From positions 11,222,001 to 11,286,000 of the forward strand of contig NW_026262581.1 in the NCBI RefSeq assembly GCF_021869535.1: a DNA stretch of 64,000 nucleotides, written 5' to 3'. The notes under the pieces are model-generated. The model was not told where the DNA came from. It was given only the letters and a program-made list of their open reading frames with translations, and did no database searches. This document shows positions 38,301-51,200 of the stretch, in pieces. The DNA comes from Mytilus californianus (Eukaryota). A program made the translations under genes and the position numbers. The stretch's first letter is position 1. The number at the start of each line of letters is the position of its first letter.

Positions 38301-41300
38301 AGCACTTCTGTGTTGACATGAATTATCTTTGATATGGTCATAATTATGAATTATTTCTGTTTGCAAAACTTTGAATTTGTCTGGCCTACAAAATTTTAAT
38401 CCTGGTACATTGTGTCTATGATGTGTTTATTTACCATGATTTTTTGTCACATCAACTTGAAACCTAGTAAACATATTCATTATGATATGAACTTTTTAAG
38501 AATATATGCCAAATTAATGTTTTGACCAAGATTTTGATGTTTACCTGTCTTCATGTTTCGGCCTTTTATAGCTGACTTTACAGTATTGTTTTGCTCATTG
38601 AGAACCGATTGAAATCTGAAGTATTTTATAATGCACTTAACTGATGAACAGTTTTGTATCAGATACAAAGTCTATAAAACCCACAAATTATCACAGCCTT
38701 GACTATGATGACATACTAGGCAAATGGAATAATAAATAATTAAAAATAGAGGACATAAAATAGAAGGTGCATAACAAAATGATTGTAGTATGAAATAATT
38801 CTTTTAAGTTTTTATTATACGACCGCAAAAATTTTTGCGGTCGTATATTGGTATGACGTTGGCGTCGTCGTCGTCCTGCGTTGTCCGAAGACACATTGGT
38901 TTTCGCACTCTAACTTTAGTTTAAGTGAATGGATCTCTATGAAATTTTTTTCCATAAGGTTCAATACCACAAAAGGAAGGTTGGGATTGATTTTGGGGGT
39001 TATGGTACCAACAGTTAAGGAATTAGGGGCCAAAAATAAGCATTTTTGCAACTTCCAGACATAACTTGTGTGTTAGTGTATGGATCTCTCTGACATTGTA
39101 CAACAAGGTTCCATATCATAAAGGGAATGCTGGGATTGATTTTGGGGGTAATTGCCTCAAAATATTAGGAATTAGGGGCCAAAAAAGGGGCAAAAAACAA
39201 GCATTTTTCTAGTTTCATGACAATAACTTGTGTGAAAGTGTATGGATCTTTCTGAAATTGTACTACAAGGTTCTATATCACAAAGGGAAAGCTGGAATTG
39301 AGTTTGGGGGTAATTGCCTAAAACGTTTAGGAATAAGGGGCCAAAAAGGGGCCAAAATAAGCATTTTAATAGTTTCCAGACAATAACTTGTGTTCAAGTG
39401 TATGGATCTCTCTGAAATTGTACCACAAGGTTCCATATCACACAGGGAATGCTGGGATTGATTTTGGGGGTAATTGCCTCAAAATTTTTGGAATTAGGGG
39501 CCAAAAAAGGGTAAAAAAACAAGCATTTTTCTAGTTTCATGACAATAACTTGTGTGTAAGTCTTTGGATATTTCTGAAATTGTACTACAAGGTTCCATAT
39601 CACAAAGGAAAAGCTGGAATTGAGTTTGGGGGTAATTGCCCGAAACGTTTAGGAATTGGGGGCCAAAAAGGGGCCAAAAAACACATTTTTCTAGTTTCCA
39701 GACAATAACTTGTATTCAAGTGTATGGATCTCTCTGAAATTGTACTGCAAGGTACCATTTCACAAAGGGAAGGCTGGGATTGAGTTTGGGGGTGATGAAT
39801 CATAAGGGGGTTCAAAAAATTTGGGGGGGGGGGGATTTTATTTTTTTTTACTTTTTTTTTACTTTTAAAATTTTCCATTTTAAGTTGGTTATTTCTGATT
39901 TATATTTAAATGCAAATAATAATGATATGGTAGGAGATACACACCAAACAGGATGTGTAAATTATTATATAATAAGTATTGTGCAATAGCAAGAAATTTT
40001 CAATTGCACAGTATTGCACAATAGCAAGAAATCTTCAATTGCACAGTATTGCGCAATAGCAAGAAATCTTCAATTGCACAGTATTGCGCAATAGCAAGAA
40101 ATATCCAATAGCACAATATTGTGCAATAGCAAGAAATTGTCAATTGTGCAGTATTGCGCAATAGCAAGAAATATTCAATTGCACAGTATTGTGCAAAAGA
40201 AGATACTTCGTATAAATTGCTTATTTCTTGACCAATTTCAATGGGGTTTTATTCTTGAATTCTTGGGGTTGTTTAATATGCTGAATCTAACCGTGTATTA
40301 AGTTTTTGGATTTTGGGCCCCGTTTTTAAATTGGTCCACATTGAGGTCCAAAGGGTCCAAAATTAAACTTTGTTTGATATCATCAAAAATTGAATTATTG
40401 GGGTTCTTTGATATGCCGAATCTAACCGTGTATTTAGATTCTTAATTTTTGGTTCCGTTTTCAAATTGGTCTACATTAAGGTCCAAAGGGTCCAAAATTA
40501 AACTTAGTTTGATTTAAACAAAAATTGAATTCTTAGGGTTCTTTGATATGCTGAATCTAAACATGTATTTAGATTTTTGATTATGGGCCCAGTTTTCAAG
40601 TTGGTCCAAATCGGGGTCCAAAATTAAACTTTGTTTGATTTCAACAAAAATTGAATATATGGGGTTCTTTGATATGCTGAATCTAACCATGTATTTAGAT
40701 TTTTGATTTTTGGGCCCCGTTATCAACTTTGTCCACATTGAGGTCAAAAGGGTCCAAAATTAAACTTTGTTTGATTACATTAAAAATTGAATTCTTGGGG
40801 TTCTTTGATATGCTGAATCTAACCATGTATTTAAATTTTGGATATTGGACCATAAGAGGTGAATGTCCAATTTAAAATTTTTAAGTTCTGAGACCACATT
40901 CATTCTGTGTCAGAAACCTATGCTGTGTCAAATATTTAATCACAATCCAAATTCAGAGCTGTATCAAGCTTGAATGTTGTGTCCATACTTGCCCCAACTG
41001 TTCAGGGTTCGACCTCTGCGGTCGTATCAAGCTGCGCCCTGCGGAGCATTTTATTTCAATAGGAGCTGTAAGTGCTATCAGAATGACTTTGGGATTTTCC
41101 CATAGCAATACATGTATAATCACTATTAGTTTTTTATTCCTTAATGCTTGGATTTTTTGTCAACACACAGTTTACCATGTTTATATTGGAACTGAATGAA
41201 ACATGGCAACAAATTTTTGATACAATTAAAACATAAATAGTTAGTTGCACACCTTTTATATTATTTATCATCAGAACAAAACCATTTTTTTATCAATACA

Positions 41301-41770
41301 AAATATCCTACAGTGTACACATGAATTGGAGAAAACTTGAAGAAAACTTATCAGTGCAAAAGTTTTCGTCTGAAAAGAATATATTTTCTAAGAGTAACTG
41401 TCCTTTGTTACTTAGATAGATGAAAAGGAGAAGACATATGGGCTTGTTTCAAGAATAAACTTTATTTTTTTGTGAGTTTAAATGAGCATTGCTGATCATT
41501 AATCGATTATTATCTCCCACAATAGATGATGATTAAATTTTATTTCATATATTATAGGTAGAATACTGTCCATGTGTAGTAGCTGGTGATTGTTGGAATC
41601 TCATCAAAGAAATGGCACAAAGCATTGTGGGAAATGTAGCAGACAATCCACCCATGTACATAAAAAATAAAACAGATCCTGTATATTCTCCATCTGACAC
41701 AGTTAATCAGTATCTAGAACATTTTAATAACTTCAGGAAAACAGCACCTCAAGGACAGCCCAGTAGATGA
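35309..41770 (+). CDS. MED20: Mediator subunit 20, 213 aa; exons 35309-35322, 36274-36416, 37699-37970, 41558-41770
   Basis: MGVVC|[42 protein letters not shown]...|ISQRLIHILHNSEHPASCFA...GILVE|VEYCPCVVAGDCWNLIKE...DTVNQYLEHFNNFRK matches MED20. GT-AG introns with consistent phases. Confidence 0.96.
38811..41050 (-). mobile_element. Composite HINE-like element in MED20 intron 3
   Basis: Hairpin TATACGACCGCAAAAATTTTTGCGGTCGTATA at 38816-38847; internal arrays of about 160 bp, 35 bp and about 130 bp units; 5' motif GCTCCGCAGGGCGCAGCTTGATACGACC on the minus strand. Confidence 0.85.
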
Positions 41771-41973
41771 ACCTTATCAAATATACAGAATTTAATACAG
41801 AGCAATCAAATATGAATGCTACTGAATTCCGAATGGTCCAAAATTTTCAAGATACATTGATCGATGACACTGGGTGCATCAGGCGGTAGGTCTTTCCTTT
41901 AGAGAGACAAAAGTATTATTTTCACTTGAAATGCAGAGATAAAAATGGTGCTTGATTGAAAAGTTGTACATAT

Positions 41974-42041
41974 AATAAATGAAATGTCTTGTGTTACATG
42001 TACAGATACCAACAAAACAGTATAAACTTCATGTATTTATT
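41974..42041. terminator. Opposed polyadenylation signals of MED20 (plus) and UROC1 (minus)
   Basis: AATAAA at 41974-41979 on plus and TTTATT at 42036-42041 (AATAAA on minus), between the two stop codons. Confidence 0.55.
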
Positions 42042-42266
42042 AAATCAAATAGGTAGAAGTTTTTTGACATTCATTTAATGATTTATATAAAAGCCATCAC
42101 CATAAAACCCATTGCCAGCTTGCATCCAGTCAATGATGAATTTTCTTAATATCAACTGCAAGATATAAGTACAAGTTGAATTGATTCCATCAGTGGGAGA
42201 AATCTGTTCCAAGCTGTATCTGTTCAGTTAATTGTATTCCTGTAAAGCTCTGTCTTATTTGCCCAT

Positions 42267-45200
42267 TTACTCCTGTAATGCCCTGTCTAATAGATCCAGG
42301 TCCTGAACATGATTTGGTAATGTAACTTTCAGTGATTTGTTATGGTCCATAGTTCTACAGATTGTCTCTTCTGCATTGTTGTTACCTGACCAACATCTTC
42401 TAGCAACCTGCAATGGTCAATTTTAGTTAGATATGGCTGTATAATTAGATGTTTTCTCATTGCTTGGATATTTTGCTTCCAGTTTTTATTGTGGTAATTG
42501 TTTCTTTTGGATCATATGTCATTTACATTTGACAAATTAGCCAAAGATGGTATACTCACTTCTTAGAAAATGCTTTATTGTGTATGGAACACTATATTGG
42601 AATAAAAGAAAAGTTTTTGCTGATATTTTGAAGATTATTTATATTATTTCTGAATTTGGTGGGTACTGTTGAAATCTCTGAGGCCACACACATTTACACA
42701 CCATTTTAGGTAACTTATTTATCTCTTGTATTAGACATGTAAGTGAGGACTCATTCTTAGTTAACACTACCATGGATTGTATGATCTAATTTACTATGGT
42801 TAAATACTAAAATTTAGAATGGAAATGGGGAATGTGTCAAAGACCATATAAGAACTAATTTACTAATGTGTTTGAACCATGCCCTATATGCTCAATACAC
42901 ACTAGGACATAGGGTTATACATTGAACAGTTTTGTAGAATTGTTTTCTCATTATAAAAATAAGAAGATATGGTATGATTGCCAACGAGACAACTCTCTAC
43001 TAGAGACCAAATGACGTAGATGTTATATTTTGTATGAATCTTAGTCAGTGCTTTTTGCTATTTTTGCACTTCATACAAAAACTTGAAAAAAAGAACCACT
43101 GGAAAACTGTTCATATTGTATAAAGTGTAAAAGTAGATATCTGCAATCAAAGCTTGATTAGCAAACCCCTTTATGTTAACAGTATTTTCAGAGCAAAATT
43201 GTGAAATGATATCCATGCAACATTCAAATATAAGGAGCAGGGCAAACTGAAGTTGTGAATATATATGGAACAATATATCATAGTAATAAAATGCTTGGTC
43301 AATGCCTGACATCAGACCAGATGTTTAAATGAAATGAATTACCCCATTTGATACATCCCAGGCCAACATTTTTTGTGCTCTGTCGCCAGCATCCTGAAAT
43401 AAATTTAATAGTCAGTCACATGAATGATATTATTGTGATTTCACTCTGAAGTGTTGCTGCCCTGCCTTTCAGTCTAATAGTTTTTAACCAAATTGCAGTT
43501 TGTAATATCCAATTATGTAACAGGTAAATCAAGAGGTTTATACTTCAAGGGTAGGGTTGCATTATATACAGTCAGTCAAAGTAATAAAAGTCTTAATTCA
43601 GTGCAAAGATCTTCATTATTCAATTATGGGAAATATGATAAACCAGTGCCTTTAGAAAGATTTTAGATTGGTGCATTCTTTAAATTTTTAAACATTCTCT
43701 TAGAAAGATTGATTGTTAAGCAGAATTTAACTACCTTGTAGCTGTATAATGATTGTTGTGTATATAAAAACAAGGAAATGGAGCATGATTGCCAATTTGA
43801 TAACTATCCACCTGTCCAAAAGACCTCCATGAAAGCAACTACACGTCATTGCTGAGTTTGTAGGTATATGTTTGATTGTCCATTCAACTTAAGTAATTTG
43901 TTTGTTCTTCTGCATTTTGTATTATTAAACTCCCCCTAAACCAATGGGAAAAAAATATTTTCAATAACAGTTTTACTCCAGGAAAGTTAAAAATGTTTGC
44001 AAATAAGTATCATTCTTTGAAATGAAATATAAGTTGATTGTAGATATTTATATACCTGTGTACCATCAAGCACCAATCCAAATCCTCCATTTATAACTTC
44101 ACCCCTGAAAATAATAATGTTTTGTCAGAAAATTCCTGTAGAATCTGGCAAAAGCTGAAACCGTCAAAAAAGATAGAAAAAGAGAAGCGAAAGATACCAA
44201 AGGGATTTTCAAACTCATAAGTCGAAAATAAACTGACAACCCATGGCAAAAAACGAAAAAGACCAAAAGACAAACAACAGTAAACAAAACACAACATAGA
44301 AAACTACAGACTGAGCAACACGAACCCCACCAAAAACCGGGGGTGATATCAGGTGCTCTGGAAGGGTAAGCAGATCCTGCTCCATTTGTGGCACCTGTCG
44401 TGTCGTGTAATTACAATCCCGGTGATAAGTCACATTCGGGGATAGGATTGTGGTTACGACAATTGGAACATATCCGTCGTCATCTGTGAAACTGATATTC
44501 CATAACGGTCAACCAACTCGTGATGGCGTCCGTAAAAATTTCGAAGGGATGATTTCAACTTTACCACTTTGAACTCTTAGTTAAATAGCTTCCTTGTGAG
44601 CAGCAAACCTCTATCAAGGAAATCATGAATAGGAAATGCAAGCCCTTGAATATCGTATCAAATGGGAGCTAAAGACTCCATTTGAAGGAGCTGCTGGAAT
44701 GTTGCTACATAGAAATGGAAAGTTCACTATTGGGAAGCTGAAATCATCTCTTTTGTCGTAAAGTTTTGCCCACAACCGACCCTCATTATCAATTCTAGAT
44801 GTTAATCAAGATATGAGGCTTACTTAACTGTATCTGTTGTATCCTTTATTTCAAGTTCTATGGGATAGATGCGTTCAACCGAGTTTCCAAACATTGAATT
44901 ATTTACGTGTTGTTTTCATTTTTCTAGAGAGGACATCATCTATATAGCGGAAAGTGAAGTTCAAGGATAATTCTAGCTTATTTTCATTCTTCCTAAAAAG
45001 CAGTGTAATAATATTATTTTTTTATATACCTTATTTGTTCGACTGGAATTGCTTTCTATCTTTTTGTGCTGTAGAAAAGGCATTCATATTTCATTTTCCG
45101 ATGATACATTTTCTTGCAATATGTATTTGCACTGATATTTCTTTTATTCTGATTTTTTAATCTATATGAGTATTCCTATTAAAATTCGTTTTAATCTATT

Positions 45201-48200
45201 TCACCGGACATTGATAATATTTGATTAACATATTACCATCCACAGCCACCACCATTGTGTAAGGCAACCCATGTGGCTCCTCGGCATGCATCACCTATTA
45301 CGTTCTGGACTGCCATATCTATAGAATAAAAAAAATTCTCCAAAGTGCTTTGTTACTATGAGTAAATTCAGTTGTAAGTGTTACATAACGGACGCCCCTC
45401 TTTAGCTCTTGAGTAGGGGTTTTAAGAAGTTTGTACTGAACTTGCATTTATTCGTCTGCATTGGTCCGAATTTTCATCTGTGTCATTGATTTGTCTGTTT
45501 TAATTTGACTTATCATTTTCGATTGACCATCATTTCGTTTGTGATTGGGTGCTGTGATCATTAAAAGAGGGACGAAAGATACCAAAGGGACATTCAAACT
45601 CATAAGTCGAAATTTAAGGTAGCACAATACAAAGATTTTATACCTCCAATTCCCCAGTTTTAAAATGCTGTAACTTTCTTTATAATGCTTGAAAATTTAT
45701 AAAAGTGGTATTTATGGATAGCTAACAGATTACTCTTTCAAATTAATGCAATGTTAGTATCATACAACAATTATGTAATCAATTATAATGTTAACTGTGT
45801 CTACAAAACTTTTCAAGAAATTTCCACTTTCAATTGAAATTAGCTTCTTCATGGTAACCCCTAGAGGGTTGATTTTATTATATGTTGTTCCTAGAGCCAT
45901 TATCTACAAAAGGGTGTCTCAGATTTTGGATAGAATGTATAGATAAAATTTTACACCTAATCAAACATCATCTACTTTTATGTGGTAAGGATGTTTACAC
46001 TAATTACAGATTTATGAGAGAATGGAATACCATAGCGATAATTTGAGACACCCCTTTGTAGCTCCTGCTGTGTTGATTAAGATTTCGTTAAAATTTCCTG
46101 TATAGTTATAGAGATGAAAGAGCTAAATTCATTCAAGTGAACTGACCAAGATTTTGCCATTAATTGCATGATAATTGATTACATAATGATTGCATAACAA
46201 AAATATTGCATTCATTTAAAAGATTAATCTTTTATCTATCTATATGTACCTCTTTTATTAATTTATATGCATATTTTAGAAAGTAACAGCATTTTCAAGG
46301 TTGGAGATTGGAAGTAAAAAAATCTTTGTATTGTGCTACCTTAACTGACAACGCCATGGTTAAAAAAGAAAAAAAAAACAACAGACAAACAACAGTACAC
46401 AAAACACAAAATAGAAAACTAAAGACTGAGCAACACGAATCCCACCATTAACTGATATTAAAATATTAAAATGTGTTTTAAGGAATATATGTCCAGAATC
46501 AACCGTTTCGTGTTAAAAAAAAATCTCGAAATTGCAAGTGTTTAGTATTTATACTAGAAATAGATTAACGGTCCCAATTTTACTGCACCCGATGCACATT
46601 TCGACAATTAATGTCTCTTCATTGATACTCGACTGTCATTTTCATTTTGAAGCAAAATATGGACAAAGAATCAGAGCTATGCATAAGGGAGAACCATTCT
46701 TTAATTTAAAAAGATTTCCAAAATAAACGATTATTGTATATTTAAAGTATGATACTTCAATATATATTTTACAACCTGATCAGCAATTATGATATCCATT
46801 GAAGAACCAATAGTGTCAAAGTTCATTTTTTTAAAGCATGAAACGCAGAATTAAATACGTGAAAGGTTATTGACAAGACACAGACAAATTCAAATTAGTG
46901 TGTCTGAATTTAACCTGCACAAAATGCTGAACCGTCATATATATTGGAAGTTTCTCTGAATGGACTATCTGTACCACTGACATCATGGTGATCTCTGCTA
47001 ATAACAACCGGACCCTGAAAGTAGTACAAGATTGTGAAAATATATAGTTTGCCCCTTGTGGGTCCTTAATTGGTAATAAAATATATCTTATCTTATAGTT
47101 TGTGCTAAAATGTTCAAAAATCACTATATACAAATATAAATGCAAAACCATGCAATTGATAAAAAATATCCCTTGTAACTAAGATTGCAGATGCAGCATA
47201 AAAATTGAAAAAAAACTACTACATGAATGCAAAATAAGACGCAAAAGTACTTTACAGAAGTTCAAAACCAATAAATTCATTTTAATTATACAAAACTAAG
47301 AGAAAACGTGTAGCAATCGCACGAACTCCAAAAGGAGCGAGACCGGGTGCTTCGACATCGTTAAGCATCTTCTGTTATTCTTCAAGTTCCATCACCCTCA
47401 CAATTAAATACTTCTTACCTTTAGTTTACCGTCCTTGACAGCATTGTTGAAAGCAGTGGCTATTTTTGTTCTGCCCACTTGATCTGAATACAATATTCGT
47501 GCCTGTGATCCAACTACTAATTTATTATTCTTTGCTTCACGAATCCATCTTATATTATCATTGTACTGTTGTTTTATAGTTTCTGGAACTGAAATATCAG
47601 TGCCATAATGACAGTTTTCGACAAAAAATCTTTTAAAAAAATATATAAAACTTAACTTGAGAAAAAACAATTTTTACACAGAATCTTATAAGTCTAGTTA
47701 AAAGTGGTATTGTTACATACACTGTATGAATAACTTTCGAAAAATGAACTCAAGAATATATCTTTTTTGTTATTGGCCTTATAATATTACGCAAATAATG
47801 CTCTTCAAATTCGTACTTTATTTGGCCTTTTTAACTTTTGATATGAGCCTTACTGGTGGGTCTTTTGTAGACGAAACGCGCTTCTGGCGTACAAACTTTT
47901 AATCATGACTGTATCTATGGTGAGTTTATGTTCTGTCAGTCGTTAGGAAAATGTTACTTTCTATTCAGGACCCGATATAACAAATATTACTTTTCTGTGT
48001 AAATTCAAGATTCTTTTTAATGCATAAAATCAGCATTGTTTTGTTTAACTTTGATTCAATAATATACCAATCAGGAAAAAAATTAGTCATATCAATTTTC
48101 AAAGCAATAAAACCATTTGTTTTTCAAAATTAGTCGATAAATTTTTTTGTTTTTGTTTATAAAACAGCGACCCTTCTTTTAATCAATAATAATTGATTCC

Positions 48201-51200
48201 CTAGCACTATTTCATATTAAGCCGCCCTTTTACCTCCTTCATTTATAATATCCTCCAAGACATTGGCTGAAATTTCATCCGTTGTGTCCAAGTCACTCGG
48301 ACATCCTGATGTACACACCCATCTGCATATAGAACGTATTCCAAAAAGTACCACAATAGTAGAAAGTATTAGGCAAAATTTATTTTTATTCACATTACAA
48401 AGTAAAAATTATTCCTCAATGATCAAGGAATATAACTTTTTCTATCCCTTCTAATATAGTGCTGATGCAATAATTTTTCCTTTGGTCTTTCATTTGATAT
48501 TTTCATTTATGATTAAAACTTAACAGAATACTTCAAACACGATGTTATATAAAGAGTTACGAATTAAACTTATTTCTTAGGTAAAAGGGTATGAAAAAAT
48601 CGTTTATACTGGGTTTTTTTTTAAATTAACTAAAGATGAATGAAAATGTTATTTTACCAAATTACAAATTACAAGTAACGGGTGCCATATGCGGAGCAGG
48701 ATCTGCTTACCCTTCCGGAGCACCTGAGATCACCCCAAGTTTTTGGTGGGGTTGGTGTTGTTCAGTCTTTAGTTTTCTATGTTGCGTTTTGTCTACTGTT
48801 GTTTGTCTGTTGGTCTTTTTCTGTTTTAGCCATGGTGTTGTCAGTTTATTTTTGACTTTAATATGAGTTTGAATGTCACTTTGGTATCTTTCGCCTCTCT
48901 TTTACACAAGCTTGAAAAGAAACTTAAATTGATGATCAAATGAAAACCCTTTCATTTTTAATCCGAATTGTTGCATAATTCATAAGAGAACTATTGATAG
49001 ATTCCAATAAGTGTCTTGGAAGTTGAAGTTTAAGTGTTTAACCAAAGCTTTTGCGATCCAATATAGGTGAATCGTTTTCTCTTATACAAGGGAAGTGGGT
49101 TGATCCGTTTCACAATGGGATAATCACAATACTTGCGCAGATGTTTAAATGTAGAGTTATTATGACACAATTGGTTTTTTTTCTGGTTGAATCAGAATCT
49201 TTTATATGAGAGTAGTATATATCATTGATAGAGCACTCTTGGTTACTATTAGATGTACTGACATAAGAAACGAACAATACCTAAACGGACCAAATCCCAA
49301 AGAAAATATATCTCCCATAATGTCCTGTACATATGATGGATAGCGGAACAAGGTTCCAGTGGCACTTTCATCTCTTCCTACGTCAGCTCCTGAAAATATA
49401 GTGATAGACATAATGTAGAGTTATGCAAAAATTTCACCCTACTTGGTTGAGCTCTGCAGAATTTCAGTGTCATAGATGATCAAGAATATGTTCCGTTTGT
49501 CATAGCCCCAGTCCTTTGATTATTTGCTTCGTTTGTGATATGGCACAGAAAGGAGCAACAATTCGATGGAAGCCCATTATTGGAGCTAGAAATGCTTTCC
49601 CTTACGGAGTACCTGAGTTCACCTCTGGTTTTTCATGGCATTCGTTGGCTACAATTTATGTTTCCTGCGTATAGTATGTCTTGTTTATCTTTTATGATTT
49701 TTTTTCGACTTATTCTTTTGATTGCCACTAACAGTTTTCTTACTTTTTCGGTGTAAACCATCGACTTGCGATAAAAAGCTGAGAACAAACAACTGATAGA
49801 TTTAGTGTAAATTGCTCTTTCTGGCATAATACGATCGACATTAAAACGAAAGCAAAATGACCTGTACATGAATTTGGATATTTACAAAATTTTCTAGACC
49901 ACCCGGTCACTTAGGTTCTCAATATGAAAAACACACTAAATTATTATATTTTCTTTTTTGAATTTATTTTCATTACTATTATAGTAGTCCTAAAAAATGT
50001 CAGTATTTACCCGCTCTTGAAGCTTCCAAAAGAAACGCATTTCCATAGTCCCAAAAATACAGTCCAAGGTTAGACAGCTTATTGATTGCTGTGACCTGTC
50101 TTCTGAGGCTAAAACAAAGACAAAATGGCAACTATGATTCCAGTTTATTGTCAAAGTTTTAAAATGCTTAAGTACGCCTGTATAGAAACAAATTATTTGA
50201 TATTTTTATCCAAAATATACGTATGATATCAATGTCATTGTGTAATTCAACTTATTACTATATTTGGCCTAATAATGTTTTTGTTTGGAGCGTCACTGAT
50301 GAGTCTTTTGTAAACGAAACCCGCGTGTTGCGTACAAAATTATAAACATGTTATCCTCGATGAGTTTTGTCTTCGGACAATAAATTTTAAGTTTAACAAT
50401 AAATACATATGTTATAACTATATCGTTAATGTATTCCTCGTTCTCATTTGTAAGATCTTATATACTTTTCTTTAACAAAGATTTCATTTGGATTATGTTT
50501 CGCTAACTGGAGTTTGGGTTTCTTCTATAAGAATGGTAAACGGAGATAGCAATTTTGGGCATATTTTTGTTTGTACGATAGTTTCTGTGTTTGTTTTAAA
50601 CTTGCCTTTCCTGTACTAGATTCTTGAACCTTATTGGATCTTCATGCATCATAATCCTCGACTCATCATACGTTAGCTGAAATATGGGATTTGAGCGTCA
50701 AATTCGTGGTCCACATGGTGTACCGTTACAATGAGTAAAAAATGGGTATAGGTCAAGTATATTTTTATATTTCTTTACAGGTAAGAAACGTTGTGCAGAT
50801 AAGTATAATTTGTTTTAATTAAACTTTGATTTGAAATTTTAGAGATGAGAAGATTTGAGTATAATACCTTTTCCAAATTGACAAAAAGTGCAACTCAAAA
50901 CTACAATTTGAGACCCATACGATGATCTCAGTTCTTCTATCGTGAGTAGAAACATACCAACTGCCCAGCCTATGACGTAAATTTGTCCAAGTTTGTGCTA
51001 TCAACAAGAGAATGTATTCATGATACATATAGTGAATTTACCAATAAAGTGGTGAACTTTTAACAAGAAAAGCTACTTCAACAGGGAAGACCGACTTAAT
51101 ATAATCGAATAGGTTGGTTTGTGAAGTTTAAATGTATAAATACTGTAATAGACCTTACAAGTTATCTATCATCTGTTTTATATTATTAGTATTTTTACTT

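Noticed and set aside
38815-40747. ORFs in the composite repeats (also 53130-54967, 27136-27767, 29991-30368)
   Set aside because: These are translations of non-coding tandem units, mirrored between the inverted copies.
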